Assembly: GCA_963772655.1 (NCBI GenBank)
Contig: CAVYYE010000003.1
Location: 2,609,341 to 2,673,340 of the forward strand
DNA: 64,000 nucleotides
Direction: 5' to 3'
DNA from: an uncultured delta proteobacterium
GTDB taxonomy: Bacteria > Myxococcota_A > Polyangia > Haliangiales > Haliangiaceae
Part shown: one piece after another, positions 23,156-32,231 of the stretch
How the letters are laid out: every line of letters begins with the position of its first letter
Position numbering within the stretch: position 1 is the stretch's first letter
Position numbers and translations under genes: made by a program
Notes under the pieces: generated by a model
The model's input: only the letters and a program-made list of their open reading frames with translations
Told to the model about the DNA's origin: nothing
The model's database searches: none

Positions 23156-24181
23156 GTGGCCACGCGCGAGCAGCTCGCTGCCCAGATCACGGACACGCCG
23201 TACGACGACGAGCTGTACGTGATCTACGGCGACCTGCTGCAACAACATGGCGATCCGCGCGGCGAGCTGATCGCGATCGATGCCGCCGCGACCCGCGCTC
23301 CGGCCGACTTCGGTGCGTGGCGCCGGCGTCGCGTCGAGTGGCTGGCGGCACACCCCGAGCTGGTTCCCCCGAGCGACGGCGTCGAGCTGACCTGGCACCT
23401 CGGGTTCGTGAGACGCGTATCGGTGCACGAGCAATCCGCGCGACTCGCCGAGCTGGCCGCCCACCCGTCGCTCGCGTTCGCCACCGAGCTAACGCTGGAG
23501 CTGTCCAGGCTCGGTGCCGAGGACATCGCGACCACGACCGCCTCGTTTCCCCTCCTGTCGCGACTCGCGCTCGGCGATCCCGACGCGCGCTCGTGGGGTC
23601 GCGATGACGACACCGTCTACGACCTCGCCGTGATCGCACCGCGGCTCGAGGATCTCGTTTCCTCCGTGGCGGTCGCGTTCGAGCACGCGCCACGTCTGCG
23701 CCGGTTGTCCCTGCGGGAGGTCGACGCGCCCGCGCTCGCCCGCGTCGTGCGAGCCCGCCTCCCCACCCTCGAGGAGCTGTCGCTGAAACTCCAGCGTCCG
23801 CGATCGTACCGGCGCGCGAACCTGCCGCCGGTCGAGCTCGTCGAGCCCGACCATCTGCGCGAGTTGTTTCGCGCGCCTCCGCCACGACTGGCCACGCTCG
23901 AGCTGATCGACGCATTGCCCGGCGACGACGTGGTCGCGGCGCTCGTGGGGTCGCCGCTCCTCGCGCAGCTTCGCGTGCTCCGGCTGTGGAACGCCGATCT
24001 CACCGATGCGGCGGCGCGCTACCTGACGCGCGAGGCGTGCGGTCACCTCGAGCTACTCGACCTCACCGACCCGCTGCTCGACGGCGCGCTCGCCGCGCGG
24101 CTCTCGACCGCGTGCGACGACGTTCGCACGACGAACCCGGTACTCGATCACGTACTGGGGCGCGCTACTTCGAAGCCGTGA
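23156..24181 (+). CDS. leucine-rich repeat protein with N-terminal TIGR02996-like repeat-companion domain
   Basis: N-terminal YDDELYVIYGDLLQQHGDPRGELI matches the xYADWLEExGDPRGEFI motif of TIGR02996; leucine-rich C-terminal region; GTG start inferred; divergent from FHA-GGDEF gene. Confidence 0.55.
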   Translation: MATREQLAAQITDTPYDDELYVIYGDLLQQHGDPRGELIAIDAAATRAPADFGAWRRRRVEWLAAHPELVPPSDGVELTWHLGFVRRVSVHEQSARLAELAAHPSLAFATELTLELSRLGAEDIATTTASFPLLSRLALGDPDARSWGRDDDTVYDLAVIAPRLEDLVSSVAVAFEHAPRLRRLSLREVDAPALARVVRARLPTLEELSLKLQRPRSYRRANLPPVELVEPDHLRELFRAPPPRLATLELIDALPGDDVVAALVGSPLLAQLRVLRLWNADLTDAAARYLTREACGHLELLDLTDPLLDGALAARLSTACDDVRTTNPVLDHVLGRATSKP

Positions 24182-24854
24182 TCGCGGCGAGACGCGCGGC
24201 GACTCGCGTTTGCAAGAACGCCGGGGCCTGGTACTGGCAATACGTCGGCGTGACGGCGACCGGCGCGTTCTTCGCGCACGTCGCGTACTGCACCGTCCAA
24301 CGATCGCGGCGGCACGACTCCGCGAGCGCCGCCATTCGCGCGTCGGCGTCGGGCAGTCCCGGATAGCTGCGCTTCGTCGCCGTGCGGATGCCGTCGATGA
24401 TCGTCGAGCAGTTCGCGGGATCGACGACCTGCACCGTGACGCCGGGAAACAATCGCGGCGCGCAGTACGCCATCGCATCGCGCCCGTGCGAGGTGTACAC
24501 GCACGCGCGCTCCTCGCGGTCGAGTCGCAGCGCCGCGCACCGCGCGGTCTGCTCGCGCACGGCCGGAGCACGCGTCGCCGCGTCGGCGTAGTTCCCGATC
24601 TCGAGCGTGGCGAGGGCGAGTCCGACCTCGGCGCACGAGGTCTTGCGCGGCGTCAGCGAGGGCTGGGTCGGCCGGGTCGGGAGATCGGGATCCGGAGTCA
24701 CCCAGTCGTCGTCGGGTCCGGCGTACTGGCCGTCACTCCCGATCGCGAGCTCGCAGCCGCGATCCTGGGGACACGTCGATTCTCCTCGGGTGCCCCAACG
24801 GGCCTGCTGGGGGGTACTGCACGCCACCAGCGCGAATGCGATCCATGCACGCAT
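24165..24854 (-). CDS. cysteine-containing lipoprotein, hypothetical
   Basis: Signal/lipobox MRAWIAFALVACSTP; 229 aa; multiple conserved Cys. Confidence 0.45.
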   Translation of the reverse strand: MRAWIAFALVACSTPQQARWGTRGESTCPQDRGCELAIGSDGQYAGPDDDWVTPDPDLPTRPTQPSLTPRKTSCAEVGLALATLEIGNYADAATRAPAVREQTARCAALRLDREERACVYTSHGRDAMAYCAPRLFPGVTVQVVDPANCSTIIDGIRTATKRSYPGLPDADARMAALAESCRRDRWTVQYATCAKNAPVAVTPTYCQYQAPAFLQTRVAARLAAITASK

Positions 24855-25008
24855 GGTGGTGTCCCAACGCATGATCGGCCCTCGCGATCTGGGGAACTCT
24901 CGACACTTGGCCCGAGATGCGAAACCCAAAAGTGGGTTCGGTGTCTCAACCTCGCGAATAGACCGGAACAATCGCACGTTCGTCTGTAGCTCTCAACGAG
25001 GTGATCCG

Positions 25009-26367
25009 ATGGCCCTCCGTTCGATCTGCTTCTCGATCTGGCTCTCCACGTTATCCACGGCTCTGTTGTTCGGCTGTCTCGACACCGGACACCACGAGCC
25101 CTCCGACGCCGCGACTCCCAAACCACGCGAGGTCGATCACGCGAGATCCGAGCTCCCGCCGTTGCCGCTCTCGATGCACTCCGGCGGCACGCTGTCCGAG
25201 AACCTGATCCCGGTGAAGCTGCCGGCGACCAAGCCGGGCAAGGCGACGACGTTCCGGATCGGTCGCGAGACCGAGCGCAAGGCGTGGGTCGCCACGTTGC
25301 CCGGACGCCATCGCCTCGTGTCGGCCGCGTACGAGAACGGCAAGATCTTCGTCGGCGGCGGGTTCGAAACCAGCGCGATGTACGCGCTCGAGGCAACCAC
25401 CGGCAAGCGCCTGTGGGTCGCGTACAACCTCCAGGATCCCGGACCGACCTCCGCGGTCGTCGATCAGGACGAGCTCGCGTTCGACACGTTCAGCTGCAGC
25501 CTCGCCGTGCTCGCCGCGTCGACCGGCAAGGTCAAGTGGCAGAAATGGATCGGCTCGGAGACTCCGACCCAGCCCGCGTTCAGCAAGGACTACGTGCTCG
25601 CACCGCACCCGAGCGACGGCGGCTACGTGTTGACGGCGTACCACCGCGCGAACGGCGCCAATGCGTGGTCATCGGCGATCGACAATCACAGCTATGCGCC
25701 GATCGTGAGCGGCGACTCGGTGTACGTCGCGACCACGAGCGGCACGCTCTACCGGATCACGCTCGACGGCAAGCGAGTGTGGTCGCGCCGGATCCACGCG
25801 CTCAGCGCGCCGTGGATCTCCGGCGACGAGGTCCACGTCGCGGTGCGCGAGGGGAGTCAGGAAGCGCAGGTCGTCCTGTCCGCAGCCGACGGCAAGCGGC
25901 TGCGGACAGTGACCAGCGAGCGCGCCGTCAACGATGCACCCGGCGGCGACACCATGAGCTTGTGGTGGTACGAGGGCTCGCGTCCAGTGGTCGCGAACGG
26001 CGTGCAGTACTCGGCGATGGGCGACCGCGTCGAGGCGCGTGACGTCGCCACCAACCAGCTGCGCTGGGAGCGCCACGTCGACTCGGCGGCGAAGACGGCG
26101 ACTCGACGCAAGGTCGAGTCGGTCGTGGTTGCCGGGAGGCTCGCGCTGATCACCACGCGCGACGGCAAGATCGTCGGGCTCGACACCCGCACCGGCGCGC
26201 AGCGCATGGGCTTCGACTTCGACACGCCGATCACGGCGGAGCCGATCGTCGCGAAGGGTTGGATGTACGTCGCCACCGCGCGCGGTCAGGTGCTCGCGTT
26301 CGACCTCGGCGACGCGGCCAGCGACGGCTGGCACATGTGGGGCGGTAACGCCCAGCACAACCTGTAG
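25009..26367 (+). CDS. PQQ-like beta-propeller repeat lipoprotein (BamB-like fold)
   Basis: Lipobox ALLFGCLDT; repeated motifs with W/GxxxW and YV/YAL spacing characteristic of PQQ beta-propeller repeats (KRLWVAY, GKVKWQKW, GANAWSS, GKRVWSR, NQLRWER). Confidence 0.7.
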   Translation: MALRSICFSIWLSTLSTALLFGCLDTGHHEPSDAATPKPREVDHARSELPPLPLSMHSGGTLSENLIPVKLPATKPGKATTFRIGRETERKAWVATLPGRHRLVSAAYENGKIFVGGGFETSAMYALEATTGKRLWVAYNLQDPGPTSAVVDQDELAFDTFSCSLAVLAASTGKVKWQKWIGSETPTQPAFSKDYVLAPHPSDGGYVLTAYHRANGANAWSSAIDNHSYAPIVSGDSVYVATTSGTLYRITLDGKRVWSRRIHALSAPWISGDEVHVAVREGSQEAQVVLSAADGKRLRTVTSERAVNDAPGGDTMSLWWYEGSRPVVANGVQYSAMGDRVEARDVATNQLRWERHVDSAAKTATRRKVESVVVAGRLALITTRDGKIVGLDTRTGAQRMGFDFDTPITAEPIVAKGWMYVATARGQVLAFDLGDAASDGWHMWGGNAQHNL

Positions 26368-26398
26368 CGAACGCGATGGCGCGCGGTACGATGCGCGC

Positions 26399-29203
26399 AT
26401 GACGAAGTACGGCGCCGCGCTGGTTGTCTCGTTCGCGATCGCGTGCGGTCCACCGAAGCCCGCGGTCACCGTGCCAGCGCCGGTCGCGACGGCGAGCGAC
26501 ACGCCCACGGCCGACAACGCGCTCGAGCCGCCGCAGCCGACGCTACGCCTGCCGCGCAACTTCGCACCGACCTCGTACGAGGCGCGCCTCGCGATCGATC
26601 CGAAGAAGCCGACGTTCACCGGATCGATCGCGATCACCGGGACCGTCGGCATGCGGTCGCGGGTGATCTGGTTGCACGGCCGGCATCTCACGATCCAGAA
26701 GGCGGTCGCCCGTAGCGGTGAAACCGAGGTCCCGCTCGTCGTGACGCCGAAGACGGAGTCTGGAGAGCAAGACCTGCTCGAGGTGCGAGCCGACCCGCCG
26801 CTCGAGGCCGGCGAGTGGACGCTCGCGTTCGACTACGGCGGCGAGGTCGGGTCACTCGACACTGCCGGGATCTTCCGCCAGACCGTCGGCGACGCCAGCT
26901 ACGTGTACACGCAGTTCGAGGCGCTGTACGCGCGGCGCGCGTTCCCGTGCGTCGACGAGCCCGACTCCAAGGTGCCGTGGAAGCTGACGCTCGACGTGCC
27001 CAAGGACCTGATGGCGGTGTCGAACACGCCGGGGACCGAGACGCCGCTCGACGCCACGACCAAGCGCGTCGAGTTCGAGAAGACGCCGCCGCTACCGACG
27101 TACCTGGTCGCGTTCGGCGTCGGACCGTTCGAGGTCGTCGATGCCGGCAAGACCAAGCTCGGTACGCCGCTCCGCGTGATCACGCTCGCGAAGCGCAGCG
27201 CCGACGCCGCGTGGGCCGCGAAGACCGCGGCGCCGATCCTCGACGGACTCGAGTCGTGGTTCGGCGGGCGCCTGCCCTACCCCAAACTCGACCTGCTCTC
27301 GATCCCGCTGACCGTCGGATTCGGTGCGATGGAGAACGCCGGACTGATCACGTTCACGGAGGGCCTGATCCTCCACGACCCCGCCAAGGTATCCAAGGAG
27401 CGCGAGCATCGCTGGGTCGTGGTGTGCGCACACGAGATGGCGCACCAGTGGTTCGGCGATCTCGTGACGATGAAGTACTGGGACGACATCTGGCTCAACG
27501 AGGGCTTCGCGAACTGGATGGAGGCCAAGGTCACGAACGCGATCGACCCCACCTATCACGACGAGCTGTCCGAGCTCGAGATGCGCAACGGCGCACTCGG
27601 CGCCGACGCCCTGGTCAGCGCGCGGCAGATCCGGCAACCGATCGAGACGGCCGACGACATCCTGACGGCGTTCGACGGCATCACCTACAACAAGGGCGCC
27701 AGCATCCTGAACATGTTCGAGCACTACATCGGTGCCGAGACGTTCCGGCAGGGCGTGCGCGACTACCTGCAGTCGAAGGCGTTCGGCAACGCGACATCGA
27801 AGGACTTCGTGGCCGCGATCGCGGATGCCGATGGCGGCAAGCACGGTGACATCGCATCGGCGTTCGCGACGTTCCTCGATCGGCCGGGCGCACCGGAGAT
27901 CACGGCGACGAAGTCGTGCACGGGCAAACCGCGGATCGAGCTGACGCAGCGCCGCTACGTTCCGCCGGGAGCACCGTCGCCTCCCGAGAGTGGTCCGTGG
28001 GTGATCCCCGTGTGTGTCGCGTTCGACAACGCGAACCCGCGCGTGCGCAGCAAGCCCGCACGTGGCGAGGCCTGCACGCTGATGTCCACCACCACCGCGA
28101 CGCTCGACCTGCCGACGAAGTACTGCCCTCGGTGGGTGATGCCCGATGTCGAGGGCCGCAGCTATTACCGCTCCGCCTACACGGTCGCCGACGCGATCGC
28201 GCTGCGCGACGAGGCGTGGCCCCAGCTGTCGTCGAACGAGCGCCGCGCGGTGTACTTCGACATCAAGGCCGCGGCCACCGCGGGCAAGCTCCCGCTGCAG
28301 CTCGCGCTGTCGTTCATCCCCAAGCTCCTGATCGGCGACGACCGCTACACGATCGCCTCCGCCTTGAGCTTGCCGAACGGTCTCGACCATCTGGTCCCCG
28401 ATTCGCTGCGACCGAAATACGAATACTGGATGCGGACGCAGTTCGGGCCGGGCGCCCAGGCCGCCGGGTTCGTGGCCAAGGACACCGACACGCTCGACGT
28501 CGAGTCGATCCGCGAGGACCTCGTCGGCGCGGTGGCCTGGCACGGCCGCGATCCGGCGCTGATCGCCGAGGCGGTCAAGCTCGCGCGCAACTGGCGCGAC
28601 CTGCCGCAGTCGATCCGCGGCCTCGTGCTGTCGCTCGCCGTCGATGCCGACGCGGGCATGTTCTCCCGCGTCTTGAAAGACGTCTACTCCGAGACCGATC
28701 GCACGCGGCGTCGCGAGATGTTCTCCGCGCTCGGTGCGGCGCGCGATCCGGGGCGACATCAACGGGCGCTCGCGCTCGTGCTCGATCCGAAGCTCGACAT
28801 CCGCGAGACCTCCGGGATCCTGTTCTCCGGCGCGACCGAGGCCAACCACGCCGCGGGTCGTGCGTTCTTCAAGGCGCACGACAAGGCGATCATCGAGCGC
28901 TATCCGCACGATGGCACGGCGTCGCGGGTGTCCGGGTTTACCTACCTGTTCACCGCGACCTGCAAGGCCGACCAGCGAGATGCCGTGGTCTCGTACGTCA
29001 CCAAGACGTTCGCGCCGCTCGCGGGAGGACCGCGCACCGTCAAGCAAGCGATCGAGGGGATGGACCAGTGCATCGCGCGCCGCGCCGTGCTCGAACCCGA
29101 GATCCGGGCGTGGCTCGAGGGCCTCAAGATCCCGCGAGATCACAAGCGCGGCAAGCGCGGCAAGCGAAAGCGCGGCAAGCGCGGCAAGCGCGGCAAGCGC
29201 TAG
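26399..29203 (+). CDS. M1 family zinc metallopeptidase (aminopeptidase N-like) lipoprotein
   Basis: GAMEN, HEMAHQWFGDLVTMKYWDDIWLNEGFANWME (HExxH-x18-E); lipobox VSFAIACGPP; basic C-terminal tail KRGKRGKRKRGKRGKR. Confidence 0.9.
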   Translation: MTKYGAALVVSFAIACGPPKPAVTVPAPVATASDTPTADNALEPPQPTLRLPRNFAPTSYEARLAIDPKKPTFTGSIAITGTVGMRSRVIWLHGRHLTIQKAVARSGETEVPLVVTPKTESGEQDLLEVRADPPLEAGEWTLAFDYGGEVGSLDTAGIFRQTVGDASYVYTQFEALYARRAFPCVDEPDSKVPWKLTLDVPKDLMAVSNTPGTETPLDATTKRVEFEKTPPLPTYLVAFGVGPFEVVDAGKTKLGTPLRVITLAKRSADAAWAAKTAAPILDGLESWFGGRLPYPKLDLLSIPLTVGFGAMENAGLITFTEGLILHDPAKVSKEREHRWVVVCAHEMAHQWFGDLVTMKYWDDIWLNEGFANWMEAKVTNAIDPTYHDELSELEMRNGALGADALVSARQIRQPIETADDILTAFDGITYNKGASILNMFEHYIGAETFRQGVRDYLQSKAFGNATSKDFVAAIADADGGKHGDIASAFATFLDRPGAPEITATKSCTGKPRIELTQRRYVPPGAPSPPESGPWVIPVCVAFDNANPRVRSKPARGEACTLMSTTTATLDLPTKYCPRWVMPDVEGRSYYRSAYTVADAIALRDEAWPQLSSNERRAVYFDIKAAATAGKLPLQLALSFIPKLLIGDDRYTIASALSLPNGLDHLVPDSLRPKYEYWMRTQFGPGAQAAGFVAKDTDTLDVESIREDLVGAVAWHGRDPALIAEAVKLARNWRDLPQSIRGLVLSLAVDADAGMFSRVLKDVYSETDRTRRREMFSALGAARDPGRHQRALALVLDPKLDIRETSGILFSGATEANHAAGRAFFKAHDKAIIERYPHDGTASRVSGFTYLFTATCKADQRDAVVSYVTKTFAPLAGGPRTVKQAIEGMDQCIARRAVLEPEIRAWLEGLKIPRDHKRGKRGKRKRGKRGKRGKR

Positions 29204-29213
29204 GCACCACCGT

Positions 29214-30041
29214 TCAGGCGAGATCCGCCTGCGCGCCGCAGCACTGCTTCCACTTCTTCATCGATCCGCACGGGCACAGATCGTTGCGGCCCGGCTTCTT
29301 CGGCTTGAGGCGCGCCATCTCCTTGGGCGACGGATACTTCGACGGGCGCTTCGCGCGACCGATCGTCTCGGCCGCCTCGAACCGCGTCGCGATCTCGTCG
29401 AGCTTGCCCTCGGTGAACCAGTCGCGCGCCTCGTCCTCGAGTTGGTGCGCGAGCGCCATGTAGCGCCGGTTGTGGTTGAGGTGATCGTAGTGCGCGACCT
29501 TGCGGTAGCCCGCGGGGATATCGACGAGGGCATTGCCGCCGGGGAACCCGTAGGTTCCGACCTCGCGCGCCGGCAACAGCGGCCACTCGATCTGGAACAG
29601 CCGGTAGCCGACCGCGGAGATCCCGACCCACGCACGTGCCTCGTGCTGGTTGAACGTGTGGAGGTACGCCGCTTCCTCGGTGGGGGGAATCGACTCGGGA
29701 ACCCCGTACGGGAGCCCGACCGGCGTGCCGTAGTTGGGCGCTTCGGGATCGCCGCACATGGCGTGGATCAGCTCGTGGATGCAGAACCCGAGCAAGCGGC
29801 TGTGGATGCATGGACCGTCGCGCACCGCGACCCACTTCACTTCACCGAGCTGTTGCTGGATCCGCCACAGCGTCGGCGCCGCGAGATCCCAGATCACGGT
29901 CTGGCCCCAGCCGCGCATCGCATCGTCGAACCGGTACAGCGCCTCGATCCCCGCGACTCGATCTTCGAGCGAGAGCAGCTCGTGACACTGGCACGCGCAG
30001 GGAAGCGGCGATCGAACGGCATCGACGACGGTGGCCGGCAC
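29214..30041 (-). CDS. hypothetical protein with HExxH motif and C-terminal SEC-C metal-binding motif
   Basis: CIHELIHAMCG (HExxH) and C-terminal CPCGSMKKWKQCCG (SEC-C motif). Confidence 0.6.
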   Translation of the reverse strand: MPATVVDAVRSPLPCACQCHELLSLEDRVAGIEALYRFDDAMRGWGQTVIWDLAAPTLWRIQQQLGEVKWVAVRDGPCIHSRLLGFCIHELIHAMCGDPEAPNYGTPVGLPYGVPESIPPTEEAAYLHTFNQHEARAWVGISAVGYRLFQIEWPLLPAREVGTYGFPGGNALVDIPAGYRKVAHYDHLNHNRRYMALAHQLEDEARDWFTEGKLDEIATRFEAAETIGRAKRPSKYPSPKEMARLKPKKPGRNDLCPCGSMKKWKQCCGAQADLA

Positions 30042-30130
30042 GTCCGGAGCTTACCTCGGGTGATGCGGCGTGGCGCGCCGCGATCTGTACCACCCCTTGT
30101 GTGGCCGGGGCCGCGCGCCGGCTGGTACCA

Positions 30131-30991
30131 ATGGCCATGTCGCACGCGTTCCGGATCGTCAACGTGTTCACCGTCGACGGCGATCGGTTCTCCGGGAATC
30201 CACTATGCGTGTTCGAGGACGCGCGAGGGCTCGACGATCGCCAGATGCAGTCACTCGCGCGGCAGATGAACCTGTCGGAGACCACGTTCGTGTTGCCGCC
30301 CGAGCGCGGCGGCGACGCCCGGGTGCGGATCTTCACGCCCGGTTTCGAGATGCCATTCGCCGGGCATCCCACGCTCGGCACCGCCAGCGTCGTGGCCGGC
30401 GCGCGCGACAACGTGCGTCTCGAGATGATCGCCGGCATCGTCGAGGTCGCGCGCGGCGACGGCGAATGGACCCTGCGCACGGCGATCGCTCCCGAGACCC
30501 GTCCCGTCGAGACCTCGCGCGCCGAGCTCGCTCGCATGCTCGGACTTCCCGACGATGCCGTCGCCGGCGAGCCGCTGTGGGTGTCGACCGGCGTCGAGCA
30601 GCTCGTGATCCCGGTGCGCTCGGCAGAGCTCGTCGACACCGCGCGACCCGATCGCGAGCTGATCGAGCGGTTCGGCTACTCCTCCACCCGCCAGGAAGCG
30701 ATGGCGTACGTGTGGGCCCCCGATGGTGACGGCAAGCTCGCGGTCCGGTTCTTCTTCACGCTCGCCGGCTCGGTGATCGAGGATCCCGCGACCGGCTCGG
30801 CATGCGCGAACCTCGGCGGCTGGATGATCGCGACGAGCCAACCGCGGCCGGTCGACCTGATACTCCGCCAGGGATCCGCGGTCGGCCGACCGTCGCGGCT
30901 TCACTTGCGGGTGTCCACCGAGGGTGCGATCCACGTCGGTGGCGCCGTGATCGAGCTCGGCGGCGGCACCGTCGACGTCACCGCCGGATAA
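30131..30991 (+). CDS. PhzF family phenazine biosynthesis-like protein (DAP epimerase-like fold isomerase)
   Basis: FRIVNVFTVDGDRFSGNPLCVFEDARGLDDRQMQSLARQMNLSETTFV typical of PhzF/YddE family; 286 aa. Confidence 0.85.
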   Translation: MAMSHAFRIVNVFTVDGDRFSGNPLCVFEDARGLDDRQMQSLARQMNLSETTFVLPPERGGDARVRIFTPGFEMPFAGHPTLGTASVVAGARDNVRLEMIAGIVEVARGDGEWTLRTAIAPETRPVETSRAELARMLGLPDDAVAGEPLWVSTGVEQLVIPVRSAELVDTARPDRELIERFGYSSTRQEAMAYVWAPDGDGKLAVRFFFTLAGSVIEDPATGSACANLGGWMIATSQPRPVDLILRQGSAVGRPSRLHLRVSTEGAIHVGGAVIELGGGTVDVTAG

Positions 30992-31112
30992 CGCGACGCC
31001 GCGGATCGCGCCGGATCACGACGAATCCGACAGCGAATCAACTTCATCGCCAACCGGCAGGGTCGATCTGTGAACCGCCGTTCGCGGCGCGGAGGTTGCT
31101 GAAGGGCGCGGC

Positions 31113-31718
31113 ATGAAATCCCGCATGTTCGTCCTCGGGATCCCGGTCGTCTTGGGGATCGCATCACACGGGGCTCGCGCCGGCGAGCTCGATCTCGACC
31201 TCGGCCTCCAGGCCACCACCACGCAGTGGGACGGCGATCGCGGCGGCGGCCCGGCCCTGTCCGCCGCGTGGTTGTTCCGGCCGTGGATCGGCGCATCGTT
31301 CGTCGGCAAGGAGCACTACGCCAAGATCGACGACCGCTTGATGAGCTACTTCAGCGTCAACGCCGTGTTTCGTCGTGCGTTTCACCGTCTGCGACTGTCG
31401 GGCAGCGTCGGGCTCGTGCACCAGCACGAGGAACCGAAGACGGCGATCGATGCGATGCCCCTGGCGTCGGCGTTCGGCGTCGCCGATGGCATCCGCCACC
31501 GGATGGCGTCGCGCGCCGGCGTCCAGCTCGCGATCCCGTTTCGCGATCGCACGAGAGGCGACTGGTACATCGGGCTCGATCTCGATGCGACCGTGTTCGC
31601 CGAGGCGACGCGCGGTCCGAGATGGATGACCTCGGCCGGCGTGTCGGTCGGCTTCACGCACGACTTCGCGGCGGACAGATCGAGCGCGGCGACGACTCCG
31701 CCGGTGGCACGGCAATGA
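31113..31718 (+). CDS. secreted hypothetical protein
   Basis: Signal peptide MKSRMFVLGIPVVLGIASHGARA; 201 aa. Confidence 0.5.
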   Translation: MKSRMFVLGIPVVLGIASHGARAGELDLDLGLQATTTQWDGDRGGGPALSAAWLFRPWIGASFVGKEHYAKIDDRLMSYFSVNAVFRRAFHRLRLSGSVGLVHQHEEPKTAIDAMPLASAFGVADGIRHRMASRAGVQLAIPFRDRTRGDWYIGLDLDATVFAEATRGPRWMTSAGVSVGFTHDFAADRSSAATTPPVARQ

Positions 31719-32053
31719 CCCGCGCGCTCCTCCCGTGTCTCGCGCTCGCGGGTTGCATCGATTCGGCGATGCCGATCGACGAGGCGACCTGTCCGCCGAG
31801 CGGCACCACGCTGACCTACGACAACTTCGGCGCCGGGTTCCTCGCGACCTACTGCAACCGCTGTCATTCGAGCGCGAGCAACGGTGCGCCTCCCGACATC
31901 AAGTTCGACACGCTGGACGAGGTCCACGCCCATGCCGACCGGATCTTCATCCGCGCCGCCGGACCGAACGTGACCATGCCGCCCGGGCCCGACGATCCGC
32001 CCGCCGAACAGCGCGACCGCCTCGCCGAGTGGCTCGCCTGCGGTGCCAACTAG
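31715..32053 (+). CDS. lipoprotein, hypothetical (Cys-containing)
   Basis: Start overlaps previous stop; MTRALLPCLALAGCIDS lipobox; 112 aa; followed immediately by long palindrome. Confidence 0.45.
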   Translation: MTRALLPCLALAGCIDSAMPIDEATCPPSGTTLTYDNFGAGFLATYCNRCHSSASNGAPPDIKFDTLDEVHAHADRIFIRAAGPNVTMPPGPDDPPAEQRDRLAEWLACGAN

Positions 32054-32137
32054 GGTCAGACACAAGTTGCACAAGTTTGTACGGGGACAGACCGCGGTCT
32101 GTCCCCGCTACAAACTTGTGCAACTTGTGTCTGACCC
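32054..32137. repeat. perfect 84-bp palindrome (42-nt arms, centre CCGCGG), AT-rich arms
   Basis: GGGTCAGACACAAGTTGCACAAGTTTGTACGGGGACAGACCG|CGGTCTGTCCCCGTACAAACTTGTGCAACTTGTGTCTGACCC reads identically on both strands; starts immediately after stop codon of 31715-32053. Confidence 0.9.
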
Positions 32138-32231
32138 CCCTGCCGGCTAGCGCGGTAGCCATCCCGTGCCCACGTAGATCCGCGGCGATGGAGAGCGCCG
32201 CCGCTGGCATGCCGGGTGCTCTACCCGGGGC

